From a bacterium (GTDB taxonomy: Bacteria > UBA8248 > JACPRG01 > G963555815), in NCBI GenBank assembly GCA_965261595.1, contig CBDHDG010000004.1, positions 256,001 through 320,000 of the forward strand: a DNA stretch of 64,000 nucleotides. Reading direction: 5' to 3'. The translations under genes and the position numbers were made by a program. Under the pieces are notes generated by a model. The model did not search any database and was not told the origin of the DNA. It worked only from the letters and a program-made list of their open reading frames with translations. Shown in pieces: positions 51,460 to 61,855 of the stretch. Every line of letters starts with the position of its first letter. Position 1 is the first letter of the stretch.

Positions 51460-53165
51460 GCGGCGTGACGACGGAAATCGATCCCATCCGGCTGGAGGTC
51501 ATCTGGAACCGGCTCATCTCCATCGTGGATGAGCAAGCGGCGGCCCTGGTCAACGCCTCCTTCACAACGGTGGTCCGGGAGGCGGGCGACCTCTCGGGGG
51601 GTTTGTTCGACACCCGAGGCCGGATGCTGGCCCAGGCCGCCACGGGAACGCCCGGCCACATCAACTCGATGGCGACCGCGGCCAAGCACTTTCTGAAGCA
51701 TTTTCCCCTGGAGACCTATCGGCCGGGCGACCATGTCTGCACCAACGACGCCTGGATGGTCTCGGGCCACCTGAACGACATCACGATCTTCTCCCCGGTC
51801 TTTTACAAGGGCGCGCCCGTCGCCTTTTTCGCCTGCACGTGCCACACGTGCGACTTCGGGGGGCGGCCCCTGGGGGCGGAGGCCCGCGACGTGTACGAAG
51901 AGGGACTCGCCATCCCCATCATGAAGTACATCGACGCCGGCGAGCCCAACCACATCCTAGAAACGATGATCCGGGCGAACGTCCGGATGCCGGACGAGGT
52001 GATCGGCGACATCTACGCGCAAATCTCGGCCAACGAGGTGGGCGGGAGCAAACTGGTCCAGTTCATGGAGGAGGCGGGGCTGGATTCCATCGACCCCACC
52101 GGCGAGATCATCCTGGAGCGATCGGAGACCGCGATGCGCAACGCCATCCGGGAGATCCCCGACGGCGTGTACGCGGGCGAGGCGGAAGCCGACGGTTTCG
52201 ATGACCCGATCCACCTGGCCCTCGCGCTCACGGTGAAGGACGGCGGGGTTCACTGCGACTTCGAGGGCACGTCGCCGCAAAGCGCCTGGGGGATCAACGT
52301 CGTCGAGAACTACACGTACGCCTACTGCGCGTATACGGTGAAGTGCGCGGTGGGCGTGGCGATTCCGAACAACGAAGGCAGCTTCCAGCCCGTCACCATG
52401 TCGGTTCCCGAAGGGTGCATCCTCAACCCGAGACATCCGGCCCCGGTGGGCGCCCGGCACATCCTCGGGCACTTCGTGGCGGCGGCCGTCTTCCACGCCC
52501 TCGCCCGGGCCATCCCCGACAAGGTGCTGGCCGAGGGCTCGACGGGGCTCTGGCTCACGCAGCTCGCCGGGACCGACCGCAAGGGCAAGACATTCAGCTA
52601 CATCTTCTTCTCCTCGGGGGGAATGGGAGCGCGGCCCACCTCCGACGGGCTCTCGGCGACGGCCTTCCCGAGCGGGGTGCAGGGGACGCCGGTGGAAATC
52701 ATGGAGAACGTCCTCCCCCTGCTCTTCACCCGCAAGGAGCTCCGGCGGGATTCGGGCGGACCGGGCGGCTTCCGAGGCGGCCTGGGCCAGACCATCGGCC
52801 TCCGGTCGAGGACGGAGACGCCCATCCACCACTCTCCCATGTACGACCGTTTTCACCATCAAGCCAAAGGCGAGGCCGGGGGCATGGACGGCGAGATCGG
52901 AAGCCTGATCCTCTCCACCGGCGAGCGCCTGCACTCGAAGAAAAGGTACGCGCTCCCGCCCGATCAAGAGACCACGCTCAACCTTCCCGGCGGGGGCGGC
53001 TTCTATCCCCCGACCGAAAGGGACCCGGAGCGGGTCCGGCGGGATGTCATCAACGATTACGTCACGAAAGAATCGGCGGAGCGGGATTACGGCGTGGTGT
53101 TGAACGGCGACTTGACGGTGAACCTGGAAGCGACGGAACGAAAACGCGGACAAGGAGATGACTGA
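51456..53165 (+). CDS. Hydantoinase/5-oxoprolinase subunit B
   Basis: GHLND, YEEGL, DSGGPGGFRGG, PGGGG. Confidence 0.92.
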   Translation: MSGVTTEIDPIRLEVIWNRLISIVDEQAAALVNASFTTVVREAGDLSGGLFDTRGRMLAQAATGTPGHINSMATAAKHFLKHFPLETYRPGDHVCTNDAWMVSGHLNDITIFSPVFYKGAPVAFFACTCHTCDFGGRPLGAEARDVYEEGLAIPIMKYIDAGEPNHILETMIRANVRMPDEVIGDIYAQISANEVGGSKLVQFMEEAGLDSIDPTGEIILERSETAMRNAIREIPDGVYAGEAEADGFDDPIHLALALTVKDGGVHCDFEGTSPQSAWGINVVENYTYAYCAYTVKCAVGVAIPNNEGSFQPVTMSVPEGCILNPRHPAPVGARHILGHFVAAAVFHALARAIPDKVLAEGSTGLWLTQLAGTDRKGKTFSYIFFSSGGMGARPTSDGLSATAFPSGVQGTPVEIMENVLPLLFTRKELRRDSGGPGGFRGGLGQTIGLRSRTETPIHHSPMYDRFHHQAKGEAGGMDGEIGSLILSTGERLHSKKRYALPPDQETTLNLPGGGGFYPPTERDPERVRRDVINDYVTKESAERDYGVVLNGDLTVNLEATERKRGQGDD

Positions 53166-53557
53166 TGAGCGCAGGCGAGGCGAACCGGCAGGATGAGACG
53201 CGGAGCAAATCTCGGACGGAAACACACGGCGCACCTGGGTCGGGGAACTCCTTCATCGCGGACGGGGTCACGGTGGCGGGAAAGATTTCAGGCCAGGGCG
53301 ACCTCGTAATTGGGGGGACCGTCACAGGGGAGATCCGCCTGGCGAGGCATCAGGTGACCATCGAGAAAGGCGGGCGCGTTGAAGCCGACATTCAGGGCGA
53401 GTCCATCATCGTCGAAGGTTCGTTCAAAGGGAAGTTGACCGCGAAAGGACTGGTGATAGTCAAAAAAACGGCCCAGTGGGAAGGGGAGCTGAAGGCCGCC
53501 CGGCTTCAAATGGAAGACGGCGCAAAGCTCAAGGGGAGCGTCGAGCTGACGCAGTGA
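53165..53557 (+). CDS. Bactofilin (polymer-forming cytoskeletal protein)
   Basis: Beta-helix pattern IADGVTVAGKI...VEADI...IIVEG...MEDGAKLKG. Confidence 0.88.
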   Translation: MSAGEANRQDETRSKSRTETHGAPGSGNSFIADGVTVAGKISGQGDLVIGGTVTGEIRLARHQVTIEKGGRVEADIQGESIIVEGSFKGKLTAKGLVIVKKTAQWEGELKAARLQMEDGAKLKGSVELTQ

Positions 53558-53762
53558 TTGCTTGAAGAGGGATGTCGGAGGGGGGGGGTGATCCCGCCCG
53601 GGGCGTGACGCTCAACTTGTCAGGCGGCAGGCTTTGTCTCCATGTCCGGATTGCGGGTCGGCGGTTCGTGGGCCGGCGGAATTGACATCCGCCGGCTCGG
53701 ACAATGATTCAAAAACACCTCCATTCAACCGACGACCCTCAGCGAAGTTTTTTCGATCCAAA

Positions 53763-55159
53763 TCAGTGATCACGCCCGAACAACTCCGGCACAAACCGCC
53801 CCAGGTCGATCTCCTCCTCCCCCGGCACCCTCACCTCGTCCGGGAAACCCTCCTTCCGCGTGGCGTCGATCCCGGTCTTCGTGATGAGGTGGGAGCCGCC
53901 CGCCGGGTCGTACGACGCCGTGTCGAGCGGCGAGCCTTTGGCGTGCGTCACCATGAAGATGTCCCGGTCCGCCCGGACGCGCGTGGCGATGGCGTGCATG
54001 ACCTCGCTGTCGCTCGTGATGTCCACGTCCTCGTCCACGACGACGACGAATTTCAAGAACGGGTCCGCGACGAATGCCGCCATCGCGGCGTTCTTGGCCT
54101 CGCCCTCGATCATCTTCTCAATCGCCACGTAGCAGACGAACCGGCACCGGCCCGAAGTCGGCATGTGGACGGCCCGGACGGTCGGGGAGGCGATCTTCAC
54201 GGTCTTCAGGATGTACGTGGAGCGCGTGACGCCCGCCATGAGGAGAGGTGGTCCGGGTGGGCGGGGAAGGCGTCCTCATAGAGCGGCTCTTTGCGCATCG
54301 TGACGCACTGGACCTTCATCACCGGGCTCATCCGCTTCGGCCCGTACGTCCCCGGATACTCGCCGAAAGGCGCCTCCACCTCGCGGACGTGGGGGAGGAT
54401 CTCCCCTTCCAGGACGATCTCCGCGTGGGCCGGAACCTCCAACGGGAGCGTCTCGCACGGGACAAGCTCGACCGGCTCTTCGAGGATGCCTCCGGCCACG
54501 TGGAACTCGTCCACGTCGTACGGCGTGAAGCTCATGCACCCCAGGAACAGGCCCGGGTGGTGGCCGATGACGATCGCGATGGGGGCCGGGAGGTTGCGCT
54601 CCTCGTAATACCGGCAGATTCCGTAAGCGTGCGAGGTCTGGGAGATGAGGATGCCCAGGCGGTCCCGGCCCTGGAGCATGAGGCGGTAGATCCCCACGTT
54701 GTTGACGCCCGTCTCCGGATCCCGCGTGACGCCCAGCCCGGCCGTGATGTATTTTCCGGCGTCCTGTTCGTGATACTTGCAGATCGGAAGCAGGCCCAGG
54801 TCCACGTCCTCCGCCCGCAGGATGACCTCCTTGACCGGGCCCGTCTCGACACGCTTGGGCTCCACCGGGCGGCCCTCCCGCTCTCCGTTCACCCGCAGGA
54901 GCCCGGCCAGGTCGCCTTCGTCGGGCATCCCCAGGGCGAGCCTGAGGCGGCGCAGGCTCCCGTGAACGTTGGAGACGACGGGGATTCGGGAACCCTTCAC
55001 GTTTTCGAAGATGACAACGGAATCCCGCCCGGCCTTCTCCAACCGGCCGCGGACGCCCGCCAGCTCATAGACGGGGTCCACCGGCGCCCGGATCCGGATC
55101 ACCTCGTCCGGATGCCGCTCTTCAAGAAATTCGATGAACGCGCGAAGGTCTTTGGGCAT
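53763..55159 (-). pseudogene. UbiD-family (prFMN) decarboxylase, HmfF-like, frameshift near 54247
   Basis: DAGKYIT, NVGIYR, EAPFGEYPG in frame 1; VVVVDEDVDI, AIATR, KTGIDAT in frame 2. Confidence 0.85.
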
Positions 55160-55232
55160 GTTTCATCTTCTCAGGGGGATCCTGGGAAAGAGCCGGCACT
55201 CTCTGAGGTCCAAGCGGATCCGCGTCCGCCGA

Positions 55233-56099
55233 TCACCCGTTCGGTTTTCCGGCCAGCCCCAGAATCCGCGCGGCGTTGCCGCCGAGGATGAGCCGCACCG
55301 TCTCATCTGAATAACCCAGGCCCCGGACCGCCGCGATGTTTTGCGCGACCGTCTTCGGAACGCCGGGCCAGTCCGTGCCGAAGATAAACTTCGCCGGCAG
55401 GCGCTCGAGCTCGGGGAAATATTGCGGGATCTTCTTCACCGGCAGACCGCACAGGTCGATGTAAACGTTTTCGTGAATCCGGCACAGCGTAAAGGACCGG
55501 TCGAACCAGAACGTCCGCCCGCCGTGACACTGGATGAGCGTCAGGTTGGGGAAGTCCACGGCCACGTCGTCCAAGTAGAGGGGATCTGAATATTTCAGGC
55601 GGGAGCCGCGCAGGACCGATGTCCCGGTGTGGAACATGACGGGCAGACCCAGCCTCTCCGCCTCCGCGTAGACGGGATAGAGCTTGCGATCGTTGGGATA
55701 GAAATACTGGTAGTTGGGATAAAGCTTCACGCCCCGGATGGCCCACCCATCGTCCCGCTCGGCCAGGTCCCGGACGACGCGCCCGGGCCGGTGGTCCATA
55801 TACGGGTTGACCGACCCGAAGGGGATCAGGCGCTCGGACGCGACGCAGAATTCCATGACCCGCTCGTTCGTCGCCATTCCCGCCGAGATGGGAGAGGTTT
55901 CCGCGAGGATGACGGCGTAATCCACGCCGTTCTCATCCAGGTGGGCGAGGACCTGATGGGGCGCGCCGTACCGCTCGACCAGCTCCTCATAAGGCATGCC
56001 CTGAAGCTGGGCCAGATAATCCTTGTAGATCTCGTCGATGTCTTCGTATTTCACCAAGTGGTTATGAAAATCCACCACCGGGTCATCGGATTCGGACAA
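55233..56099 (-). CDS. Amidohydrolase_2 family protein
   Basis: DFHNH, GVKLYP, FHTG, HGG, FGTDWP. Confidence 0.85.
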   Translation of the reverse strand: MSESDDPVVDFHNHLVKYEDIDEIYKDYLAQLQGMPYEELVERYGAPHQVLAHLDENGVDYAVILAETSPISAGMATNERVMEFCVASERLIPFGSVNPYMDHRPGRVVRDLAERDDGWAIRGVKLYPNYQYFYPNDRKLYPVYAEAERLGLPVMFHTGTSVLRGSRLKYSDPLYLDDVAVDFPNLTLIQCHGGRTFWFDRSFTLCRIHENVYIDLCGLPVKKIPQYFPELERLPAKFIFGTDWPGVPKTVAQNIAAVRGLGYSDETVRLILGGNAARILGLAGKPNG

Positions 56100-56334
56100 G
56101 GGTTCAGCATCCTTTCAAGCGGGATTGCGAATCAAGCGGCGTTCACCCGAAACAGCCGGACCCTAGCAATTCCTCCGGGCGGGTGTCAATGGAGATCGCC
56201 GGCGAACCCCCCCCATACACGGTATCTCGCGAGATTGGCTTCCAGTCCGGCCTTTGGTAACATCGCCGGGATTCCAGCCGATATCTCCGCGCCTTGAAGA
56301 ACGGCCCCGGCTCAAGGCTTACACCCGAGCGCCC

Positions 56335-57903
56335 ATGGACCTGATTCACCGGCTCGAACTATCCGTCCTCCGTCACCCGGACCGTGAGTTTCTGGTCGAC
56401 GGCCCCCTGCGCCTGACTTACGCCGAGTGGGACCGCGGAGCCAACCGCGCGGCCCGGGCCTACCGGTCGTTGGGAGTCCGCCGCGGGGACCACGTCCTTC
56501 TGGCCCTTCGAAACCGAGAGGAGCTCATCACCTCCTGGTACGGTCTCATGAAGCTCGGGGCCGTCGCGACGCCGGTCAACCACCGGTTCAGCCCGGGGGA
56601 GATCGCGTTCGTCGCCAATGACGCCGAAGCCAAGGTCTTCGTCTTCGAGGAGGTCTCGCGCGAAGCGGGTGTCCGGGCGTCCGCCGACCTCCCCGGCGGA
56701 TGCCGGAAGGTCTACTGCGACGCCGAAATTCCGGACGGCTGCGAACCCCTCTCCGGCCTCTTGGCCGCTCAAGCCGACGCCCCCCCCGGCGAAAAAATCA
56801 CCGACGACCTCCCCTGCCTCATGCTTTACACCTCCGGGACGACCGGCCGGCCCAAGGGCGTCCCCCGCCTCCAACGCGCCCAGGACGCCAGCGCCCTCGC
56901 CCACGCCGTCCAGTGCGGCTACGCCCTGGGCGAACGGACGCTGGGAGTCATGCCGCTCTATCACGTCATGGGCGTCGTCTCCCTCATGACGATGGTCCTG
57001 CTGAGCGGGGCGTTCATCGTGATGCGCGGGTTCGACGCCGAAGGCGCCGCGGCGCTCATTTCCCGGGAGCGAATCTCCTCCCTCTATCTCATCCCGACGC
57101 TTTTTCACGAGCTGCTGCGCGCCGGGAGCATCGGCGACCACGACCTTTCGTCCGTCCGCCGGCTGGCCTTCGCGGGCGCGCCCATGACGCGGGCGCTCGT
57201 CGAGGCCCTGGCGGACCGCTTCTACCCCGAGGTCTTCACGAACCATTACGGGAGCACGGAGATCTATACGTTCTCGATCAATCAGAACCTGCGCGCGAAG
57301 CCCTCCTCGGCGGGCCGGCCCGGCATCGGCTCGGCGCTGCGAATCGTCCGGGCCGACCCCGATGGGCGCGTCTCCGCCGATGAAATCCTCCCCCGAGGCG
57401 AAGTGGGCGAAATCATCGCGGACATGCGGAGCGAGGAGGCGTTCCGGGGCTACTGGCGCAGGCCCGACGCGGATGAAAAGGCATTCCGCGACGGCTGGTA
57501 CTTCACCCGCGACATGGGTTATGAGGACGAAGATGGCGACCTCTTCGTGACCGGCCGCGTGGACGACATGATCATCTCCGGCGGGGAGAACATCTATCCA
57601 ACAGAGGTGGAGGACATCCTGGCCCGTCACCCGAGGGTGATCGAGTCCGCGGTCATCGGCGTCGAGGACCCCAAATGGGGCCAAGTCGTCACAGCGTTCG
57701 TCGTTCCCGCCCAAGGGGGGGAGGGGGGGGAGGAGGAGGGGCTAACGCCCGGGGACATCGACCGGCATTGCCGCGAGCAGCCCGACTTCTCCGACTTCAA
57801 GCGGCCGCGCAAGGTGGTCTTCATCAAGAAAGTCCCCCGGACGGCCTCCGGGAAGATCCTCCGGCGGATGTTGAGGGCGGGGGAGTATGAGCTTGATTCG
57901 TAA
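56335..57903 (+). CDS. Heteroaryl-CoA ligase, 2-furoyl-CoA synthetase (HmfD)-like
   Basis: [45 protein letters not shown]. Confidence 0.85.
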   Translation: MDLIHRLELSVLRHPDREFLVDGPLRLTYAEWDRGANRAARAYRSLGVRRGDHVLLALRNREELITSWYGLMKLGAVATPVNHRFSPGEIAFVANDAEAKVFVFEEVSREAGVRASADLPGGCRKVYCDAEIPDGCEPLSGLLAAQADAPPGEKITDDLPCLMLYTSGTTGRPKGVPRLQRAQDASALAHAVQCGYALGERTLGVMPLYHVMGVVSLMTMVLLSGAFIVMRGFDAEGAAALISRERISSLYLIPTLFHELLRAGSIGDHDLSSVRRLAFAGAPMTRALVEALADRFYPEVFTNHYGSTEIYTFSINQNLRAKPSSAGRPGIGSALRIVRADPDGRVSADEILPRGEVGEIIADMRSEEAFRGYWRRPDADEKAFRDGWYFTRDMGYEDEDGDLFVTGRVDDMIISGGENIYPTEVEDILARHPRVIESAVIGVEDPKWGQVVTAFVVPAQGGEGGEEEGLTPGDIDRHCREQPDFSDFKRPRKVVFIKKVPRTASGKILRRMLRAGEYELDS

Positions 57904-58062
57904 AACGGGACCGGGACTGTCGCGTCATTCCCCTCACAGCGCGGGTCGGGCGAGCCGGGATTCCTCGTCGGGTCCTTCGGCCCCCATTCGGAATGAGATC
58001 AATGGGCCGGTTTCCCTTGAAAAATCGCCGCCGTATACACACACTACCCACGGAGACGCCGA

Positions 58063-58833
58063 ATGGGAAAGATCCGCGTTGAACGAACCCACGAGGGGCT
58101 CGCCGCGAGGGTCCTCATCGACCGCCCCGACAAGATGAACGCCATGACGATCGATATGCGCGCGGCGTTCGGAGAAGCCGTCCACGAGCTGGGCGGCGAC
58201 GAAAAAGTCCGCGCCATCGTCGTCCGGGGCGTCGGCGACAAGGCGTTCTCCGCCGGGGGCGACGTCGCCCAGTTCCTCGACCTCGCGCCGCGCGACCTGG
58301 TGGACTGGGGGAAGGAGATGGAGGCCGCCGAGGCCTGCCCGAAGCCCGTCATCGCGGCCATCGACGGATTCTGCCTCGGGGCCGGGTTCGAGCTGGCCCT
58401 GGCGTGCGACATCCGGATCGCTACGGACCGCTCGCTGTTCGGCCTCCCCGAGGTCCGCCTGGGGATGATGCCCGGCAGCGGGGGAAGCCAGCGGCTCCTG
58501 CGCCTCATCGGCCCGGGCCGCGCCAAATACTGGCTCCTGACCGGACGCCGGATGGACGCGGCCGAGGCGGAGCGGATCGGGATTGTCTCGAAGGTCACGC
58601 CCCCGGGGGACCTCGACGCGGCCGTCGAGGAGCTGGTCGGGGAGTTCCTGAAGCTCTCTCCCCTCTCGCTGCGCGTCCTCAAGCGCACCCTCCACGAGGG
58701 CGCGGACGCCCCCCTCGGGACCGCCCTCGAGCTGGAGCGCAAGGCGTACGCCTACCTCCGGTCCACGCGGGATTATGAAGAAGGGGTGCGGTCCTTCATC
58801 GAGAAGCGCCCGCCGAAGTTCGAGGGAAAATGA
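58063..58833 (+). CDS. Crotonase-family protein, HmfE-like
   Basis: FSAGGD, GFELALACD, PEVRLGMMPGSGGS. Confidence 0.85.
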   Translation: MGKIRVERTHEGLAARVLIDRPDKMNAMTIDMRAAFGEAVHELGGDEKVRAIVVRGVGDKAFSAGGDVAQFLDLAPRDLVDWGKEMEAAEACPKPVIAAIDGFCLGAGFELALACDIRIATDRSLFGLPEVRLGMMPGSGGSQRLLRLIGPGRAKYWLLTGRRMDAAEAERIGIVSKVTPPGDLDAAVEELVGEFLKLSPLSLRVLKRTLHEGADAPLGTALELERKAYAYLRSTRDYEEGVRSFIEKRPPKFEGK

Positions 58834-58888
58834 GACGTTGAATTCAGATACACCGACGGATCTCTCGCCTGTTCCCCCATAGGGGAAG

Positions 58889-58948
58889 AAAAAGGGGACA
58901 GATCTATTTTGGGGGAGAAACAGTGAAAAATAGATCTGTCCCCTTTTT
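58889..58948. repeat. Perfect 22-bp inverted repeat (REP-like doublet)
   Basis: AAAAAGGGGACAGATCTATTTT-N16-AAAATAGATCTGTCCCCTTTTT. Confidence 0.85.
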
Positions 58949-59163
58949 GTGCTTTTTTGTGCCTCACCCCAACAGGAACTTCAAGAGTTGTCGCGTTGCG
59001 TGAGCTGGCGCCCCCGACCTCCACCGGGCGATTGGATTCTCAAGCGATATCTGCTAACCTGAACCGGGTCACGCCGGGGTAATCTCCCGCGCGAAACAGC
59101 GTTCAGGCGCGGACCTTTATCCGGTTTCGTCACGAGCCAGACCCAAACGCCGAGGAGCAGCGC

Positions 59164-61626
59164 ATGTCTGAAACGGCCACACCTCCGTCCGGGCCTCAGA
59201 CCTGGGTCGGCCGTAGCATTCGCCGCTCGGAAGACAAAAGGCTCATCACCGGACGGGGACACTACACCGACGACATCAAGCTCCCCGGGATGCACCATGC
59301 CGCCGTCCTGCGCAGCCCCTACCCCCACGCGGCCATCCGATCCATCGACTCTGCTGAAGCCCTGAAAATGCCGGGCGTGCGGGGGGTCCTGACGGGCGAC
59401 GACGTGAAGGCGATGTCCAGCCCCTTCCCCCAGGCCGTGGACGAGCCGCTCAAGTATTACTGCATCGCCGTGGACCGGGCGCGCTACGTGGGCGAGGGCG
59501 TGGCCGTCGTCGTGGCCGAAAACCGGTATCTGGCCGAGGACGCGCTGAGCGCCGTCCGGGTGGAGTACGAGGTCCTGCCCGCCGTCGTTGACGTAGAGAA
59601 GGCCGTCGAAGCGGACGCCCCCCTCCTCCATCCCGATATCGGGACCAACATCATCAACCAACGGGCGCTGCGCTACGGGGATCCCGATGCCGCCTTCGCC
59701 GACGCCGACGTGATCGTCTCGGAGCGGTTCTCGTTCCCCAAGTACTCCTCCACACCGATGGAGACCTTCGTCGCCATCGGGGAGTACGAGCCCATCGAGG
59801 ACATCATCACGATCCATTCCAACTTTCAGGGGCCCTTTACGATGCATCCCGTGTCGGCGGCGGCGCTCCGGATTCCGGAAAACCGCCTCCGCTTCATCGT
59901 CCCCACGGACATCGGCGGGGGCTTCGGGATCAAGTCCAGCATGTTCCCCCAAATGGTCATGGTCGCCCTGGCGGCGAAGAAAACGGGCGTCCCGGTGAAG
60001 TTCGTCGAGGACCGGATGGAGCACCTCATGTCCAGCTCGAGCGGGACCGACCGAGTCACGTACATCGAGATCGCCGCCAGGAAGGACGGAACGATCCTGG
60101 GCGTCCGAAAGAAGACGATGGACAACGTCGGGGCCTATCTCAGGAGTCCGGAGCCGGCGTGCACGTACCGGACGGTAGGCAACCAGCTCGGCGCGTACGA
60201 CATCGCGAATCTCGCGTGGGACACCTACGTCGTCCACACCAACAAGAGCCCCACGGGACCCAATCGCGGCTACGGCTGCCAGCAGCTCTATTTCGAGATG
60301 GAGCGGATCATCGATCTCCTGGCGAATGAGATCGGGATGGACCCGGCGGAAATCCGCCGCAAGAACATGGTCCAAAAGGACCAGTTCCCCTATCACACGG
60401 CCACGGGCGGCATCTACGACGCGGGGGATTACGTCGCGTGTCTGGACATGGCCCTGGAGATGGGGGACTACACAGGGCTGCGAAAGGAGCAGGAGAAGGC
60501 GCGGAAAGCGGGCAGGCTGTTCGGCATCGGCCTGGCGACGGTCGTCGACCCCTCGGTTACGAACATCGCCTACATCACCGTGGCGTACACGCCCGAGTTC
60601 CGGGCTGAGAAGAAGTACAACCCGAAATCCGGCTCGGGGGAGACGGCCGTCGTCAAGATGGACCCCCTGGGGCACGTCAGCGTCATCATCAACACCGTCC
60701 CCGAGGGCCAGGGGCACGAGACGGTGGTGTCGCAGATCGTCGCCGACGAGCTGACGATTTCCCCGGACGACATCCGCGTCATCGCCGGCATCGACACCTT
60801 CACCCGGTTCTGGAGCATCACGACCGGGACGTACTCCAGCCGGTTCGCCTCGGTGGGAACCAGCGCCGTCGTCCTGGCCGCGCGGCGCGTCAAGGATAAA
60901 CTCATCGCCATCGCCGCCCACGAGCTCGAAGCCGACGCGAAGGACCTGGAGGTCGCCGAAGGGGCCGTCCGGGTCAAAGGGTCGCCGGAGCGGAGACGGT
61001 CCATCCGAAGGCTGGCGGGCACGGCCCACTGGAACCAGGGCGACCTCCCCGAAGGAATGGAGCCCGGCATCCAGGCGACATACACGTACAACTTCCCGAC
61101 TTCCACGGCCCCGGACAAAAAGGACCGGGTGGACTCATCGGCCACGTACGGCTTCATCGCCGATTTGGCCGCCGTCGAGATCGACCCGCGGACCGGTCAA
61201 ATCGAGATCAAGAAGTACGTCACGATCCACGACTGCGGGAAGCTCATCAACCCGATGATCGTCGAGGGGCAGGTGTACGGCAGCTTCCTGCACGGCCTGG
61301 GCGGGGCGTTCTTCGAGGAAATGGCCTACGACGAGAGCGGCCAGTACCTGACCGGGTCCTTCATCGACTACATGTGCCCGACCGCCGCGGAGATGCCCGA
61401 GCTGGACGTGGGACACATCGAGATCCCCTCCCCCGTCACGGTCCTGGGCTCGAAAGGCTGCGGGGAGTCCTGCACGATGAGCGTTCCGGCCTGCCTCGCA
61501 AGCGCCGTCGCCGACGCGCTCAAACCCCTGGGGGCGACGGTCAAGCGCCTTCCCCTCAAGCCCAACGATGTCTGGCAGCTCATCCAGGACGCCAAGGACG
61601 AACAGGCGAATGAAACAATTATGTAG
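59164..61626 (+). CDS. Molybdenum hydroxylase large subunit, set 2 (HmfA-like)
   Basis: GGGFGIK, AYLRSPEPA, TGPNRGYG, GQGHET, GTYSSRF, GSKGCGE. Confidence 0.92.
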   Translation: MSETATPPSGPQTWVGRSIRRSEDKRLITGRGHYTDDIKLPGMHHAAVLRSPYPHAAIRSIDSAEALKMPGVRGVLTGDDVKAMSSPFPQAVDEPLKYYCIAVDRARYVGEGVAVVVAENRYLAEDALSAVRVEYEVLPAVVDVEKAVEADAPLLHPDIGTNIINQRALRYGDPDAAFADADVIVSERFSFPKYSSTPMETFVAIGEYEPIEDIITIHSNFQGPFTMHPVSAAALRIPENRLRFIVPTDIGGGFGIKSSMFPQMVMVALAAKKTGVPVKFVEDRMEHLMSSSSGTDRVTYIEIAARKDGTILGVRKKTMDNVGAYLRSPEPACTYRTVGNQLGAYDIANLAWDTYVVHTNKSPTGPNRGYGCQQLYFEMERIIDLLANEIGMDPAEIRRKNMVQKDQFPYHTATGGIYDAGDYVACLDMALEMGDYTGLRKEQEKARKAGRLFGIGLATVVDPSVTNIAYITVAYTPEFRAEKKYNPKSGSGETAVVKMDPLGHVSVIINTVPEGQGHETVVSQIVADELTISPDDIRVIAGIDTFTRFWSITTGTYSSRFASVGTSAVVLAARRVKDKLIAIAAHELEADAKDLEVAEGAVRVKGSPERRRSIRRLAGTAHWNQGDLPEGMEPGIQATYTYNFPTSTAPDKKDRVDSSATYGFIADLAAVEIDPRTGQIEIKKYVTIHDCGKLINPMIVEGQVYGSFLHGLGGAFFEEMAYDESGQYLTGSFIDYMCPTAAEMPELDVGHIEIPSPVTVLGSKGCGESCTMSVPACLASAVADALKPLGATVKRLPLKPNDVWQLIQDAKDEQANETIM

Positions 61627-61637
61627 ACAACACAGAT

Positions 61638-61715
61638 CCGGGGGGGGCTTTTTTGAAAAACCGCCCCCCCGGCCCCCCCTGAGAAACTTTCTGCGGCCAA
61701 CCCTTTGGGTTGGCC
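61638..61715. repeat. Intergenic palindromic element
   Basis: CCGGGGGGGGCTTTTTTGAAAAACCGCCCCCCCGG followed by GGCCAACCC-TTT-GGGTTGGCC. Confidence 0.6.
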
Positions 61716-61855
61716 TTACTGGGGTGGATGGTGATTTGGCTAAGCAAACCGTCTGTGGCCAGCAACGGATCATGGGCCGATTTTCTTCCGATTAGGTGAG
61801 GCGGGTGCGGGTCGGTTGACCCTCTAGCCCGCGCCCCACCGCCGTTAAGGCGTAA

